Positions 12,101-24,520 of a DNA stretch of 64,000 nucleotides are shown here, in pieces. Source of the DNA: Raja brachyura (Eukaryota); NCBI GenBank assembly GCA_963514005.1, contig OY740785.1, positions 40,982,001 to 41,046,000 of the forward strand, in the 5' to 3' direction. Numbering within the stretch: the first letter of the stretch is position 1; each line of letters opens with the position of its first letter. A model generated the notes under the pieces. It was not told where the DNA came from. It saw only the letters and a list, made by a program, of their open reading frames with translations, and made no database searches. The position numbers and the translations under genes are program-made.

Positions 12101-14580
12101 AGTTAGGTTCATATTTCCTGATCCTTTTTATTGATTCATTGGTCAATGCTATCTTGTTGAACATTTCAGAGAGAAACAGATAACAATGATGCTTGTATCA
12201 TATTTAAGGCAACACACTGCTCTGTTTACATTGCTTTCTTATTCATTTCCCAGGCAACAACCCCCATTAAGATGCAAAGAGTAACCCAGCAGAAGAACAA
12301 ACAGCAGAGAGAATGCTGATGACACTGTCAGACAGGGTTGTTTTCAATAATTCTGAAACATGGTTCAGTAAGTTGTTTGTTAGAAATAGTCTATAGTCTG
12401 ATTCATTTCCAAACTTGCCAATGTTGAATGCATGAGCACTTTTATTGATACTTTTTCTCAGGTCTTCAAATATTTCACTAAAATCCAATGTTTTCTTGCT
12501 ACGCTATTGATAGGACTGAAATAGTGTTGGATGGATGATGTGCTTTCACTAACAAGTATGTATACCAAGGGGTAATGACGAAGGTGGTGGTTTTGCAATA
12601 ATACACAACTATCAAGAAAAGATCCAAAGTGCTGGAGTAGGACAGAAAAGTCAGTATGGGAAAAGGAAGTAGAGTTAAAATAGTTAACAACCATCGCCCT
12701 ATCAAATCCTCCCTCACCTGTATCCACCGATTAATTGCTAGGCTTTGTCCTGCTTGTTTTTCTCCAGTGCAATGTGCTTGGCCAATGGGTTAAACCAGAA
12801 TAAATTGTGACTATTTACAGGACAAATTTCACAAATTGATAAATTTGACTGGCCACTTTATGCCATGCATAATCCTTCGTAACCAAAATGACTTATTCAA
12901 CAGTGGTGCATTCAATGATCTCATTGAACACCTTTTCTGGACCATTGCAATGTCGCATGTGCTCTTGGCCCAGATTATTCTGGAGCTCCACAAGATACAA
13001 GCTTCAATAATAGAGCAATAAAACTGAATATAACTGGGAGTCTAGGATTGGAGGAGCAATGCAGAAAGTCGAAAGGTGTCGGTAGAGATTGACTCTTCCT
13101 CCACGCAGTGCTCCATTGAATTTGAAATAACTGAAATAATGGCCAGATTAATCTAGGAGTCAAAAGATGTCCATTTTGCCTTTCCACAACCCCTAGTGTC
13201 GGCACTTCTCTTTTGAGGATCAGAAAGCAGTAACTTCATGGCTCCTGGGCAGGTACAGTACATGGATAGGAAAGGTTTAGAGGGATATGAGGCAAACTCG
13301 AGCAAATGGGACTAGCGTTGATGGAGCATCCCATTCGGCATGGATGAGTTGGACAGAAGGTCCTGGTTCAATGCTGCATGAATCTATATCCTGGTCCACA
13401 AGGCTCTGCAGAGGACCTGGACATCCCGGTGTACAAAAATATCTTTGCAAGAAGTTAAACAGAGTATCCAAGATAAATTTCTTGCCCAAACTGTTATATT
13501 ATGAATCTCTAGGATATGGAAAGAATATTTCTTTAAATTCATGTTTAAATAATTTTAAGGATAAGAAAACACTATTTAAAACACGTGAAGGCGCAAGAGT
13601 TATTGTACAATTAAATATATTGAAATGATTTAAAAAAACCTAACATGTAGGTCTTTAGTTTGTCGAAATTCCTCTCCTTTAAAATGAATCTTTACTGAAC
13701 CAATGACAGGTATAACCTTTTGAAGTCAAATGGCCAAGTTCCAATTTCCTACAGTTTACCAGTAAATTACTTGGCGTACGCTCAGGGGCAGGGGGAAGGG
13801 AGGCGGAATTCTCTGTGTTATTGCTGGAAAACTGCACAAAGTTGTGGCTCTGCCACTTGACTCCATGTGGAGAAGAGCATCAGAGCACACCAGGGAAATG
13901 ACTGGCGGGCAACACCTCTCAGGCAGTGCTGGATCTCTGCATTCATACTCTGCTTTCGTTGGCGGCGGTGGGTGAGACCTGAGTTTCCTGACTGCTGTGG
14001 AGTGAACCTGCCAGGAAAATCCAGCTCATTTTGAACTTGCAGCATTTGCCCATTAATTCAACATTAAAAACAGCGTAAAAGGTCCTATTACTTCGGAAGA
14101 GGCGTGTTTCCATTTGGGCTTAAGTGACAGTCATTGATGTACAGCCGCTATGGCCCTGATTAATTAATTTTACAAATGTGGAATCTCATTTCCTCAAAAG
14201 ATAATTAGCAATTTAAAAAAAAACTTAGAAATTCCTCTTATCTGAATCTCTTGCATTACTCAAACATTATTTCACTATATGCCCATTACTTTAATCCAAT
14301 TTACATTTTGCTTTATATTTCCTGGACTTTACTGGTTTAGACTGTGTGGCTCAGTGGATTTGTTGAGGGCTTTCTCTTCACACATGCCATAGGTGCCCTG
14401 GGCTGGTCGCCTATTGACAGGAAGGTTCTCCTGCAAAGCCAAATATTCAGATTAATGGGGGTGAATGTTGTTCCTTCACCTCTAATTTCCTGGCCAATTA
14501 CATGATTTCAGTGGGGCTATCATTTTCAGAAATCCATCTGCCACTCTTTTTGAAAAATTGTAATGTCCTGAATCATATTA

Positions 14581-15060
14581 AGGGCCTGTCCCACTTGACC
14601 GACCTAACCTGCGAGTTTAGAAGAGTTTGTCCTGGACTCAAACACGCAGCATGGTCGACACGGGGTCGTAGGAGGTCGCATAAGGTGGCTGGAACTCTCC
14701 TTCATGCTTGAGGGTGGTTCCTACCTACTCGCGGCCTCAGCTAAGTCGCGGAAAATCTTTCAGGATGTTGAAAACATTTCCGCGAGTAAAATTTGGTCAG
14801 CATGGTCTTTTTCACTCATTGTGCAATGGAGTGAGGTCGCCATTTACTTACAGGCTCTCGAGGGCAGCCGTAGGCAATCTCCTTCGCTGATTGGACATTT
14901 TGAATGGCTCATTCGAGTTTCATGACCTAGGAAGACCTACCGGTAGGTAAAATGCCCGCTAACTTTATTAAACATTTTTTTAAGTGTCTCCACTACTTCT
15001 CCCCCCGCTTCTCTCCCCGTATCCCCCCTTCTCTCTCCCCTTCCCTCTCCTTCGCTCCCC

Positions 15061-15096
<36 letters not shown>

Positions 15097-15350
15097 TGCT
15101 CCCTAAAGGACTTACCGTGCTCTGTGGCAGCCGTTTACCTTCCTCTTCATCACGCAGACAGCGCTCCTCCGCTTTCTCTGGCCCCTACATTCACGATGTG
15201 TTTGTGTGTGTGTGTCGGTTGATAAAGCTCACGGTTTCAACGTGGATGGTTGATCCAGCTCGAGGCTCTCCAGGAGAGTGCCCTCGAGCTTGAACGTCGA
15301 TGGCACTCTTCTTAACTCACGGATTAGGTCGCCCAAATGGGACAGCCCCT
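14581..15350. mobile_element. PIF/Harbinger-type MITE 2
   Basis: TIRs agggcctgtcccacttgaccgacctaa... and ...ttaggtcgcccaaatgggacagcccct; flanks TTA and TAA; internal poly-C at 15062-15095. Confidence 0.88.
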
Positions 15351-15379
15351 TAAATGTTACAAAAGAGGTGAACGACTGG

Positions 15380-15560
15380 AGGGAGATTGATCATTTGGTA
15401 GAGCGGTGCCAGAACAAAATTCTATTGCTCTAAATCTTAGCAAGACCAAGGAGCTGATTGTTCCCTTCAGGAAGGGAAATCTATGGGACCATGCACCTGT
15501 CTTCATTGGCAGGAGGATCAATGGAGAGAAACATCAACTTCAGGTTTCTGGGTATACATC
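15380..15560 (+). mobile_element. Rex1/Babar-like LINE RT fragment
   Basis: IALNLSKTKELIVPFRKG motif. Confidence 0.65.
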
Positions 15561-15564
15561 TATG

Positions 15565-15990
15565 ATAGACACAAAATGCTGGAGTAACTCAGCGGGACAG
15601 GCAGCATCTCTAGAGAGAAGGAATGGGTGACGTTTCGGGTCGAGACCCTTCTTCAGACTGATGTCAGAGGAGTGTGTGGTACATAGATAAGGAAGTGTGT
15701 AGATAAGGAAGTGTAAGGTGTGAAAACAAGACAAAGGGAATGGAGATCAAGAAAAATGTAGAATAAATCAGTTAGTTGGGAGAAGGTAACAACGAAGCTA
15801 ACAGAGATAAAATGTAGATGGAGACAGTAAGGCTGGTCGGAGAACTGGGAAGGGGGAGGAGATCGAGAGAGAGAGAGAAAGCAAGGGTTACTTAGAGTGA
15901 GGCCCAGCGCAAATTGGAGGATCAGCACCACATATTTTGCTTGGGCAACTTACACCCCAATGGTATGAAGCAGACTGAACATTGACTTCT
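15565..15990 (-). mobile_element. PLE-derived non-autonomous element
   Basis: Reverse complement of the PLE 3' region (compare 21940-22298), including the hammerhead-like motif. Confidence 0.8.
15626..15659 (-). ncRNA. Minimal hammerhead ribozyme-like motif of a PLE
   Basis: Minus strand reads AGT-CTGAAGA-A-GGGT-CTCG-ACCC-GAAA-C-GTC-ACC: CUGANGA core, 4-bp stem II, GAAA, palindromic ACGU stem III, GUC triplet. Confidence 0.6.
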
Positions 15991-16079
15991 ATGAAGAAGT
16001 ATACATCTATGATGATCTCTCCTGTGCCTAGCACATTGCTGCAATCATAAATGATGCTCATCAATGCCTCCACTTTGCC

Positions 16080-16300
16080 TTAGTTTAGCTTAGTTTATTG
16101 TCATGTGTAGCAGGGTACAGTGAAAAGCTTTGGTTGTATGCTAACCAGTCAGTTGAAAAACTATACATTATTACAATCAAGCTGTCCACAGTGTGCAGAT
16201 TCATGATAAATTAATTAATGTTCAGTGCAAGATAAAGTCCAGTAAAGTCCGATTAAAGATAATCCGCAGTCACCAATGAGGTAGATAGTAGCTCAGGAGA
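16080..16300 (-). mobile_element. Rex1/Babar-like LINE 3' UTR fragment
   Basis: Reverse complement of the 3' UTR at 18290-18510 (cactgtacc...acatgacaataaactaa). Confidence 0.7.
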
Positions 16301-16918
16301 TTCTGCATTCCGATGAATATACTCCTTCACATACGAGCAAACTATTGTTGCCTCAAAGATGGACACAAAAAGCTGGAGTAACTCAGTGGGACAGGCAGCA
16401 TCTCTGGAGAGAAGGAATGGGTGAGGTTTCGTGTCACGAACATTCTTCAGATTGGTTAGGTATAAGGGAAACGAGAGGTATAGCCTTGTTAGCGGTTATG
16501 CTATGTTATCCATAACCATAACTCAGTTCAGAACCACTACATTTCTTGTATTATTATGTTTGCTCTATGTACATTGTGTTTGCACTATCAAGGTTGGTTT
16601 TGCTTAAAATAACTAACAATTTTTTTGTGTATTGATTTGTATTTACATTTAATGTACCTGTAAAACTGCAGCAAGTAAGAGTTTAATAAGGAACTGCAGA
16701 TGCTGGAAAATCGAAGGTAGACAAAAATGCTGGAGAAACTGAGCGGGTGAGGCAGCATCTATGGAGCAAAGGAAATAGGCAACGTTTCGGGTCGAAACCC
16801 TTCTTCAGACCCTTTCAGATCTTTGTTTTGGGGTTTCATTGTTCTGCCTTTTCCATTGGAATCCAGAGGATGGGCTTTGGAAAGTGTATGTTGCAGTGAG
16901 TGGAGTGATGTCCACTTG

Positions 16919-17785
16919 TCCACTAGGGGCGCCGCATTGAAGGCAGCCTCTGCCTACAGTTTGTCTGTTTTTCGATCTTTTTTTAATTTTTAGCCTGTTT
17001 TGAAAGTATGTTTTGGAGGTTTCGTTAGTATGTTTTGGAGGTTTTGTTAGTTTTTCTATGTGGGGGAGGAGGGTAGGTTAAGGGGGAAACCGTTTCCCAG
17101 TCACTTACTGGCGAGGATGCGACTATTCTCCGAGTCGCGTCCTCGCCCCCCTACCAACTGGATTGGCACGGTCTTTCCTGCCGGGGACCGGCCAAATCTT
17201 CAGCAGCGGCGCAGCACTGGATTCACCGCGGGGCGGGCGATGCCTTACCTGCATCGCCGTCTGAAGCTGAAGTGTTGAGCCTACTGCTTCAACGTCGCGG
17301 ACCTGTGGTTTGTAGAGCTTCCAGCGCGGGCGGCGCCGACTTCAACATTGTGGAGTCCTGGGACCTTTTGCCGAGGGCCGCCAGCGTGAATCTCCGCCCA
17401 GCACGGCCTGTGGACTTCGGGAGCTGCGGCCTCTGGTAGGAAGCGGCCGATTTCAATGTCCAAGCCGCTGAGGTTGTTCTACTGTTCCGATGTCGGAGTT
17501 CCATCATCCCGGCGAGAGGGCCTGGACATTGGCGGCGACAGCGAGGTGTTTGGGAGCCCCCCGACCACGGGTGAACAACAGAGGACAACAGAGGAGGATG
17601 ACTGAACTTTGGTGCCTTCCCTCATAGTGGGAAACTTTGATTCCGCAGTGTGTGGATGTCTATGTTAAAGACTATTGTGGTCTGTGCTCTTTTCTACTTG
17701 TATGGCTGTATGGTGACCACAAATGTCACTGTACCAATGGGTACATGTGACAAATAAATGTCTCTCTTGTCTTGTTTCTAGTCTC
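16919..17785 (+). mobile_element. ~850-bp non-coding retroposon with a Rex1-like 3' end, copy 2
   Basis: Same start (tccactaggggcgcc...ggcagcctctgcctacag) and end (gtacatgtgacaaataaa plus (tcttg)n) as 7635-8428. Confidence 0.75.
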
Positions 17786-18084
17786 TTGGAGGCCTGAGAC
17801 CAGTGGTGTTCCATGATGATCAGTGCTGGGTCCCATATTGTTTGTTATCTGCATTAATGATTGGAATGACAATGCTGTTAACATGAGGAGTAAGTTTGTG
17901 GCTGACACCAAAGTGGGTGCTTTTAGTTAATTTAGTTTAGAGATACAGTGCGGAAACAGACACTCCAACCCAATGAGTCCGCAATGACCAGTGATCCCTG
18001 CACATGATGTAGTAGATAGTGAAGCAGGTTATTTAAGATTACAACTGTATCGGTAAACTCGGGAAGTGGGCAAAGGAATAGTAG

Positions 18085-18510
18085 AGACCATCACACAAAC
18101 CAACCTCCCTTCCATTGATTCCATCTATACTTCACCTGCCTTGACAAGGCCGCCAGCATAATCAAGGACCAATCTTACCCTGGTAACTCCCTCTTCTCCC
18201 CGCTCCCATCAGGCAAGAGGCACAGATGTTTGAAAATGCATACCTCTTCCCAGCTGTTGTCAGACAATTGAAGAATCATCTCACCAGCTTTAGTGCAGTC
18301 CTGACCTGTCATCTATCTCTTTGGAGTTCTATGACTTTTCTTTAATCGGACTTTATCTTGCACTAATTGTTGCACCCTTTATCCTGTAGCTGTGTACCGT
18401 GGATGGCGTGATCGTAAACATGTATTTTATTTTCTTTTACTGGATAGCATGCAACAAAAGGCTTTTCACTGTACCCCGGTACATGTGACAATAATGAACT
18501 AAACTAAATT
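18085..18510 (+). mobile_element. Rex1/Babar-like LINE 3' fragment
   Basis: Translates, with a frameshift, to ITQTNLPSIDSIY...KAASIIKDQSYPGNSLFSPLPSGKR; 3' UTR ends gtacatgtgacaataa-(ctaaa)n. Confidence 0.75.
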
Positions 18511-18877
18511 GGAAAACTCTGACATGTGCAGTGATAACATTTGGGAAGTTAAATAATGTCAGGACTGATGGCAAATGGTAGGGACATGCCATTTGTAGAA
18601 TAGAGAGACCCAGGTATACAATCTCTCACTGTTCCCTGGAAATGGCAGCACAGGTAGACAAAGCGTTAAGAAGGCATGTGGCATGCGTGCCTTCATCAAA
18701 CAGCGATTGTGGGCAAAAGGTGGGATATCATGTTACAGCTGTATAAGACTTCGGTAAGATCACACCTGGAATAATGTATTCCCCTCGATTCATAAGGATG
18801 TTGCTGGGACAGGCAGCTTGAGTTATGAGGAGACCGTGGATAGGCTGGGGCTGTTTTCACTGGAGTGAAGAAGATTA

Positions 18878-19535
18878 GAAACATAGAAACTTAGAAAATA
18901 GGTGCAGCAGTAGGCCATTCGGCCCTTCGAGCCTGCACCACCATTCAATATGATCATTGCTGATCATCGAACTCAGTATCCTGTACCTGCCTTCTCTCCA
19001 TACCCCCTGATCCCTTTAGCCACAAGGGCCGCATCTAACTCCCTGTTAAATATAGCCAATGAACTGGCCTCAACTACCTTCTGTGGCAGAGAATTCCACA
19101 GATTCACCACTCTGTGTGAAAAATGATTTTCTCATCTCGGTCCCTTATCCTTAAACTGTGACCACTCTTCCTGGACTTCCCCAACATCGGGAACAATCTT
19201 CCTGCATCTAGCCTGTCCAACCCCTTAAGAATTTTGTAAGTTTCTATAAGATCCCCCCTCAATCTTCTAAATTCCAGCGAGTACAAGCCGAGTCTATCCA
19301 GTCTTTCTTCATAAGGAAGTCCTGCCATCCCAGGAATCAGTCTGGTGAACCTTCTCTGTACTTCCTCTATGGCAAGAATGTCTTTCCTCAGATTAGGAGA
19401 CCAAAACTGTACGCAATACTCCAGGTGTGGCCTCACCAAGACCCTGTGCAACTGCAGTAGAACCTCCCGGCTCTTGTACTCAAATCCTTTTGCTATGAAT
19501 GCCAACATACCATTCGCTTTCTTCACTGCCTGCTG
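18878..19535 (-). mobile_element. Young CR1 3' fragment inserted in an older plus-strand CR1
   Basis: ORF 19104..19526 (KKANGMLAFI...LVRPHLEYCVQFW); (tagaaaca)n tail complement. Confidence 0.92.
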
Positions 19536-19777
19536 CTTGAGAAATGATCTTATGTTGGTTTATAAAAACACAGCAAGGGTAAGTTGAATAGCCATAGTCT
19601 TTTGCCAGGGTATGGGAGTGTACAATTAGAAGGCACGGTTTAAGTTGAGACAGGGAAAATTTAAAGGGATCCAGGAGGCAACTTCTTTCACACAGGGGAA
19701 GTGGTTGAGGCAGGTACAATTATAAAATGTTAAAAATATTTAGACGGGTACAGGGATAGAAAAGGTTGGAGGGATAT

Positions 19778-20097
19778 AGTTTAGTTTAGTTTAGTTTAGA
19801 GATACAGCACGGAAACAGGCCCTTCGGCCGACCAAGTCCACACTGACCAGCGATCCCCGCACATTAACACTACCCCACACGCGCTATGGACAATTTTACA
19901 TTTATATCAAGCCAATTAACCTACAAACCCGTATATCTTTGGAATATGGGGAGAAACCGAAGATCTATGGGAAAACCCACGCAGGTCATGGGGAGAACGT
20001 ACAAACTACGTATAGACAATCATCCGTAGTCAGTATCAAACCCAGGTCGCTGCAGCTGTAAGGCAGTAGCTCTACCGATATGCCACCGTGCCGCCCA
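19778..20097 (-). mobile_element. HE1/V-SINE-like tRNA-derived SINE
   Basis: tRNA-like head (ggcacggtggc...gagctactgccttacag), V-domain gtacgttctcccc, LINE-like tail gggcctgtttccgtgctgtatctc(taaac)n. Confidence 0.85.
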
Positions 20098-21718
20098 ATG
20101 GGCCAGACACTAGCATATGGGATTAGCTTTGTTAAACAAGTTTGTCGGCATGGACAAGTTGGGTCAAAGGGCTGTTTCTATGCAATATAAATCCATAACT
20201 TTATGACTATCACTTCCCTTGTTCTTCCCATTTCTTTTTCAATGCAATTTAAAATATTTTCTATCTTTCCCTTGTTTTGATGAAGCATCATTGAAATGCT
20301 ATCTGTTTCTTTCTTTGCACCTGCTGCCTCATCTGCTGATCGCTTCTGGCATTTTCCATTTATATTTCAGATTTGCAGCTTTTGCAGCTTTCAGCTTTTT
20401 GATCATTTTTCGAGTTGCCTCGGCTAACATTGCTAATTCGCTTTGGGTAAATTGGAAAGACACATACTTGAGATACAGCACCTGATCCGTGCGGGAAATG
20501 GAGCTTATGGAAACTAAAAAATGAAATATCTATGTCGACGGATTGATTCCCTGTCGGTAGCAATAAACATTCTATAGTTTAGATGCTGAGATTCACGGCA
20601 GAAACATCAGGCTTCATGGAAGGAGACAGAGGATGGTTGTGGAAACTTATGACTAGTAGTGTGCTTCAGGGTTGGTACGGTGCCCATTGCTGTTTGTCAT
20701 CTATGGCAATGATTTTGGGTGAAAATGTAATAAGCACGATTAGTAAGTCTGCACAGATAAGACTAAAAAAAGCTGGTCTCATAGCAGTGAAGGTGGTTAC
20801 CAAGAATCACAATTGGATCTTGATCAGCTGGGCAAAGAGGCGGATGAATAGCTAATGGAGGTTAATTCAAATACAGTAAGTGTGAGAAGGGACACTTTGC
20901 GAACTCAAACCAGGATAGGATCTTCAGAAAGAACTATAGGGCCCCGGGGAGCCATATAGTTTGGAATTATCCCCATCAGTGCAACTGGATGAAGATCTGT
21001 CCCTTTGTTAATGCATGACCTATAACTCTTGAAACCTTTCCTATCCATGTATCTGTCCAAATGAATTTTATACATTCTTATTGCACCTGAGCAAAGGGAT
21101 GTCGGGAGCATAGAAACATAGAAGAAACATAGAAAAATGGGTGTATAAGTAGGACGTTCGGCCCTTCGAGCCAGCACCACCATTCAATATAATCATGGCT
21201 GATCATCTAAAATCAGTACCCCCTTCCTGCTTTTTCTCCATATGCCTTTGATTCCTTTAGCCTTAAGAGCTAAATCTAACTCTATACATAGTTCCCAAAA
21301 GTGGTGTCGCAGGTAAATAAGTGGTGAAGAAGGGTTTTGACACCCTGGCCTTCATCAGTCAGGGTATTGAGTATAGAAATCGGGATGTCATGTCACAGTA
21401 GTACAAGGCACTGGTGAGGCCATGTGTTAAAGAAGGAACTGCAGATGCTGGAGAATCGAGGGTTCGGGTGCAGCACCATCTAAGGAGCGAAGGAGATAGG
21501 CGACGTTTCGGGTCGAGACCGTTCTTCAGACTGGTCAGGGATCAGGGAGCAGTTAGAGAGGAGGTTGTGAAACTGTCTTCGTAGGGAGGAGGAGAACTTC
21601 TTCAAAGTAGGCATACCTTGAGGAGATATCGCAGTGGAGTAGACAAAGTGTTAAAGAAGGAACTGCAGATGCTGGAGAATCGAGGGTTCCCTACTGCATC
21701 CGTTGCTCCAGATGCCAG

Positions 21719-21979
21719 TTGATCTACATCGGTGAGACCAAGCGTAGGCTGGGCGATCGTTTCGCCGAACACCTCCGCTCGGTCCGCAATAACCAACCCG
21801 ACCTCCCGGTGGCTCAGCACTTCAACTCCCCCTCCCACTCCGTATCCGACCTCTCGGTCCTGGGCCTCCTCCACGGCCAGAGTGATCAACACCGCAAGTT
21901 GGAGGAACAGCACCTCATATTCCGCTTGGGGAGTCTGCATCCTCTGGGCTTAAACATTGAATTTTCTCAATTCTGTTAA
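21719..21979 (+). pseudogene. PLE GIY-YIG endonuclease, C-terminal part
   Basis: YIGETKRRLGDRFAEH...VAQHFN...RKLEEQHLIFRLGSLHPLGLN. Confidence 0.9.
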
Positions 21980-22202
21980 CCCAGACTGCCTCCCCCCCAC
22001 CTCTCCCTCAGCCCTCTGGCCCTGACATTCCTTCTCCATCTCCCCCCCCCCCCCAGTCGCACTAGCTTCTCATTTTCACACCACAAACAGCTTACAATGG
22101 CCTGCTTTCTTTATCACCAATACTTTTTTGCATATCTTTCACTCATTGTTCCTTATCTCTCCACATCACTGTTTATATCTCTTGTTTCCCTGATCCCTGA
22201 CC

Positions 22203-22236
22203 AGTCTGAAGAAGGGTCTCGACCCGAAACGTCGCC
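22203..22236 (+). ncRNA. Minimal hammerhead ribozyme-like motif in the PLE pLTR
   Basis: CTGAAGA (22206-12), A-GGGT/ACCC stem, GAAA (22226-29), GTC (22231-33). PLEs are known to carry minimal hammerheads. Confidence 0.6.
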
Positions 22237-22557
22237 TATCTCCTTCGCTCCTTAGATGCTGCTGCACCCGCTGAGTTTCTCCAGCTTTTTGTGTAACCCA
22301 CTGGTGAGGCCATATTGTATTCAGTTTGTCCACCCTGTTACAGCGAAGATGCCATGAAGCTGGAAAAAGTGAAGGGAAGATTTCCAAGTATTCTGCCAGG
22401 ACTCGAGGGTCTGAGATAAAGGGGGATGTTGGTAGGCTAGGACTTTGTTCCTTGGAGGGCAGGGTGCTATGGGGTGCTCTTATAGAGGTGTAGAGAGTCA
22501 TGAGGGAATTGAATGGGGTGAATGCAGTCTTTTCTCCAGAATAGGGGACTCAAGAAC

Positions 22558-22803
22558 TACAATATGATACGATACAATAGAATTATATTTATCCCAGTTG
22601 GAAATTGATCTGCCAACAGTCATAAAAACACAAAATACATGAAACATTAAATTAAAGTGATAGTGGAAAGGAGTGTGGGTGTGTAAAGATTTGGCAGGGG
22701 GGGAAAGGGAGTCTACCCCCCGACATAATGGGGAGGAGTTGTACAGTTTGATAGCCACAGGCAAGCAGGATCTCCTGTAGCTTTCTGTCCTGCATCTTGG
22801 CAC
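22558..22803 (-). mobile_element. Rex1/Babar-like LINE 3' end inserted in a CR1
   Basis: PRCRTESYRRSCLPVAIKLYN; (gtatc)n tail. Confidence 0.75.
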
Positions 22804-23329
22804 CTAGCGGGCATAGGTTTAAGGTGAACAGGGAAAGATTTAATAGGAATCTAAGGGCAACTTATTTCACACAGATTGAGGATGGTATATGGACTGATTT
22901 GCCAGATTAAGCAGTTGAGGCAGTTGCAATAAGAATAAGAATGCTTAAAAGGTATTTACACAGGTACATGAGTCGGATAGGTTTAGAGAGTGATGGGCCA
23001 TGCGTGGACAAATGGAAATAGCATAGATGGGCATCTTCATCTGCAGGGATGAGTTGCACTCATGGGGATGTTTCCATACTGTATGACTATGACTTTAAAT
23101 GTTCCTGCTGCAAGACATTATTTCAAAAGTTAGTTCCCTGCTGCTGCTCCAGACCAACTGAAAAATCAATAACAACAATGACAACCATAGTGCCTATCTA
23201 TATATTTTCAAAGGAACTTTATGAAATACATATTTAACACTGAACCACATAAGGAGATAATAGTGTAGACTGCAAAAGCATACTCAGCGAGGAAGTTTTT
23301 AAAAGCATTTGCAACAAGAAAGAGATGGA

Positions 23330-23632
23330 GCCAGCACAGCGGCGCAGCGGTACAGTTGTTGCCTTCCGGTGCCAGAGACCCAGGTTCAACCTCGTGCTGT
23401 CTGTACAGAGTTTGCACGTTCTCCCTGTGATCGTGTAGGTTTTCTCCAGGTGCTCTGGTTTCCTCCAACACTCCAAAGACATACAGGTTTGCAGGTTTCT
23501 TGGCTTCGATAAAATAGTAAATTGTCCCCAGTGTGTCGGGTAGTGATAGTGTACAGAGTGATCGCTGGTCAGTGCGTACTCGGTGGGAGGAAGGAACTGT
23601 TTCCATGCTGTATTTCTAAAGTGTAAAGTCTG
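23330..23632 (+). mobile_element. HE1/V-SINE-like SINE
   Basis: ggcgcagcggta A-box-like and ggttcaacc B-box-like motifs; V-domain gagtttgcacgttctccc...ggtttcctcc. Confidence 0.85.
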
Positions 23633-24119
23633 AAAAGATGAAGATTTATCTAGCAAAGTCCAGGGCCCTGGGCACTGACTTCTGATAGCATCAAGCTGAT
23701 CTTACACAGCTCTCCTGTTTCCCTCTCATAGGATGTCTATGGTTGCCAGTACGTTTTGTGGCCAAGTGGTCCCACTACGCTTGAGGGTTCACTGCTGTGG
23801 CTGCTCTGTAAAATGAGGCTATCTACAAACAGTGAGGATGTCTCACAGAGTGCAACTTTTAATGATCAGGAACATTTATATATAGTTGTACATTCAGATA
23901 TTTTTTTAAAAAATGATTAAAACATTTTGAACTGCTTGCAAATTGCTTCTGGATTCAGTATCACTGGGCATAAGGAACAAGCTAGCACTCGCACCAGGTC
24001 AGTTATTTTCCTCATCTGTTCCTGAGATTGTGGCATGGATGGGAGGGAGCAACCTCATTTGTCTCCATATATTCCACTGATGATGTTCAAATTTGCTGCC
24101 TTCCGTGAAAGTGTGTCTG

Positions 24120-24520
24120 AAGAGGGTGTGGGAAAGAACTGCAGATTTTGGTTTAAACCGAAGATAGACACAAAATGCTGGAGTAACTCAGCGAGACATG
24201 CAGCATCTCTGGAGACTGCAGACTGAAGAAGGGTCTCGACCCAAAACGTCACCCACTCCTTCTCTCCAGACAGTCTGAAGAAGTGTCTCAACTCAAAACG
24301 TCACCCTTTCCTTCTCTCCTGAGATGCTGCCTGACCTGCTGAGTTACTCCAGCTTTTTGTGTCTATCGTCTGTCTGAAGATGTTTCCTGATCCGAAATAC
24401 AGCCTAACCATGTCCTCCAGAGATGCTGCCTGATCTGATGAGTTACTCCAGCACTTTATGTATTTGCTGTATACTCCAGCACTGGGGCAAAGCAGCATCT
24501 GCAGTTCCTTCTGTCTCCAA
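24120..24520. mobile_element. Cluster of PLE pLTR-derived short elements in inverted and tandem arrangement
   Basis: aactgcagat...ctggagtaactcagc arms in opposite orientation; three ctgaaga...aaacgtc-like motifs at 24223, 24275 and 24374. Confidence 0.8.

Larger units (their letters stand above)
21424..22298 (+). mobile_element. 5'-truncated Penelope-like retroelement with an inverted pLTR at its 5' end
   Basis: 15-bp TSD cactggtgaggccat (21409-21423 and 22299-22313); GIY-YIG C-terminal part; 21468-21546 is the reverse complement of 22190-22270. Confidence 0.92.

Noticed and set aside
12267-13205. Short ORFs in non-repetitive AT-rich sequence as possible host exons
   Set aside because: No recognisable domain and no consistent splice or frame support.
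23330-23400. tRNA gene candidates at SINE heads (also 27843, 39415 and 50398)
   Set aside because: A/B-box-like heads run into the V-domain and a LINE tail, so they are SINEs rather than tRNA genes.
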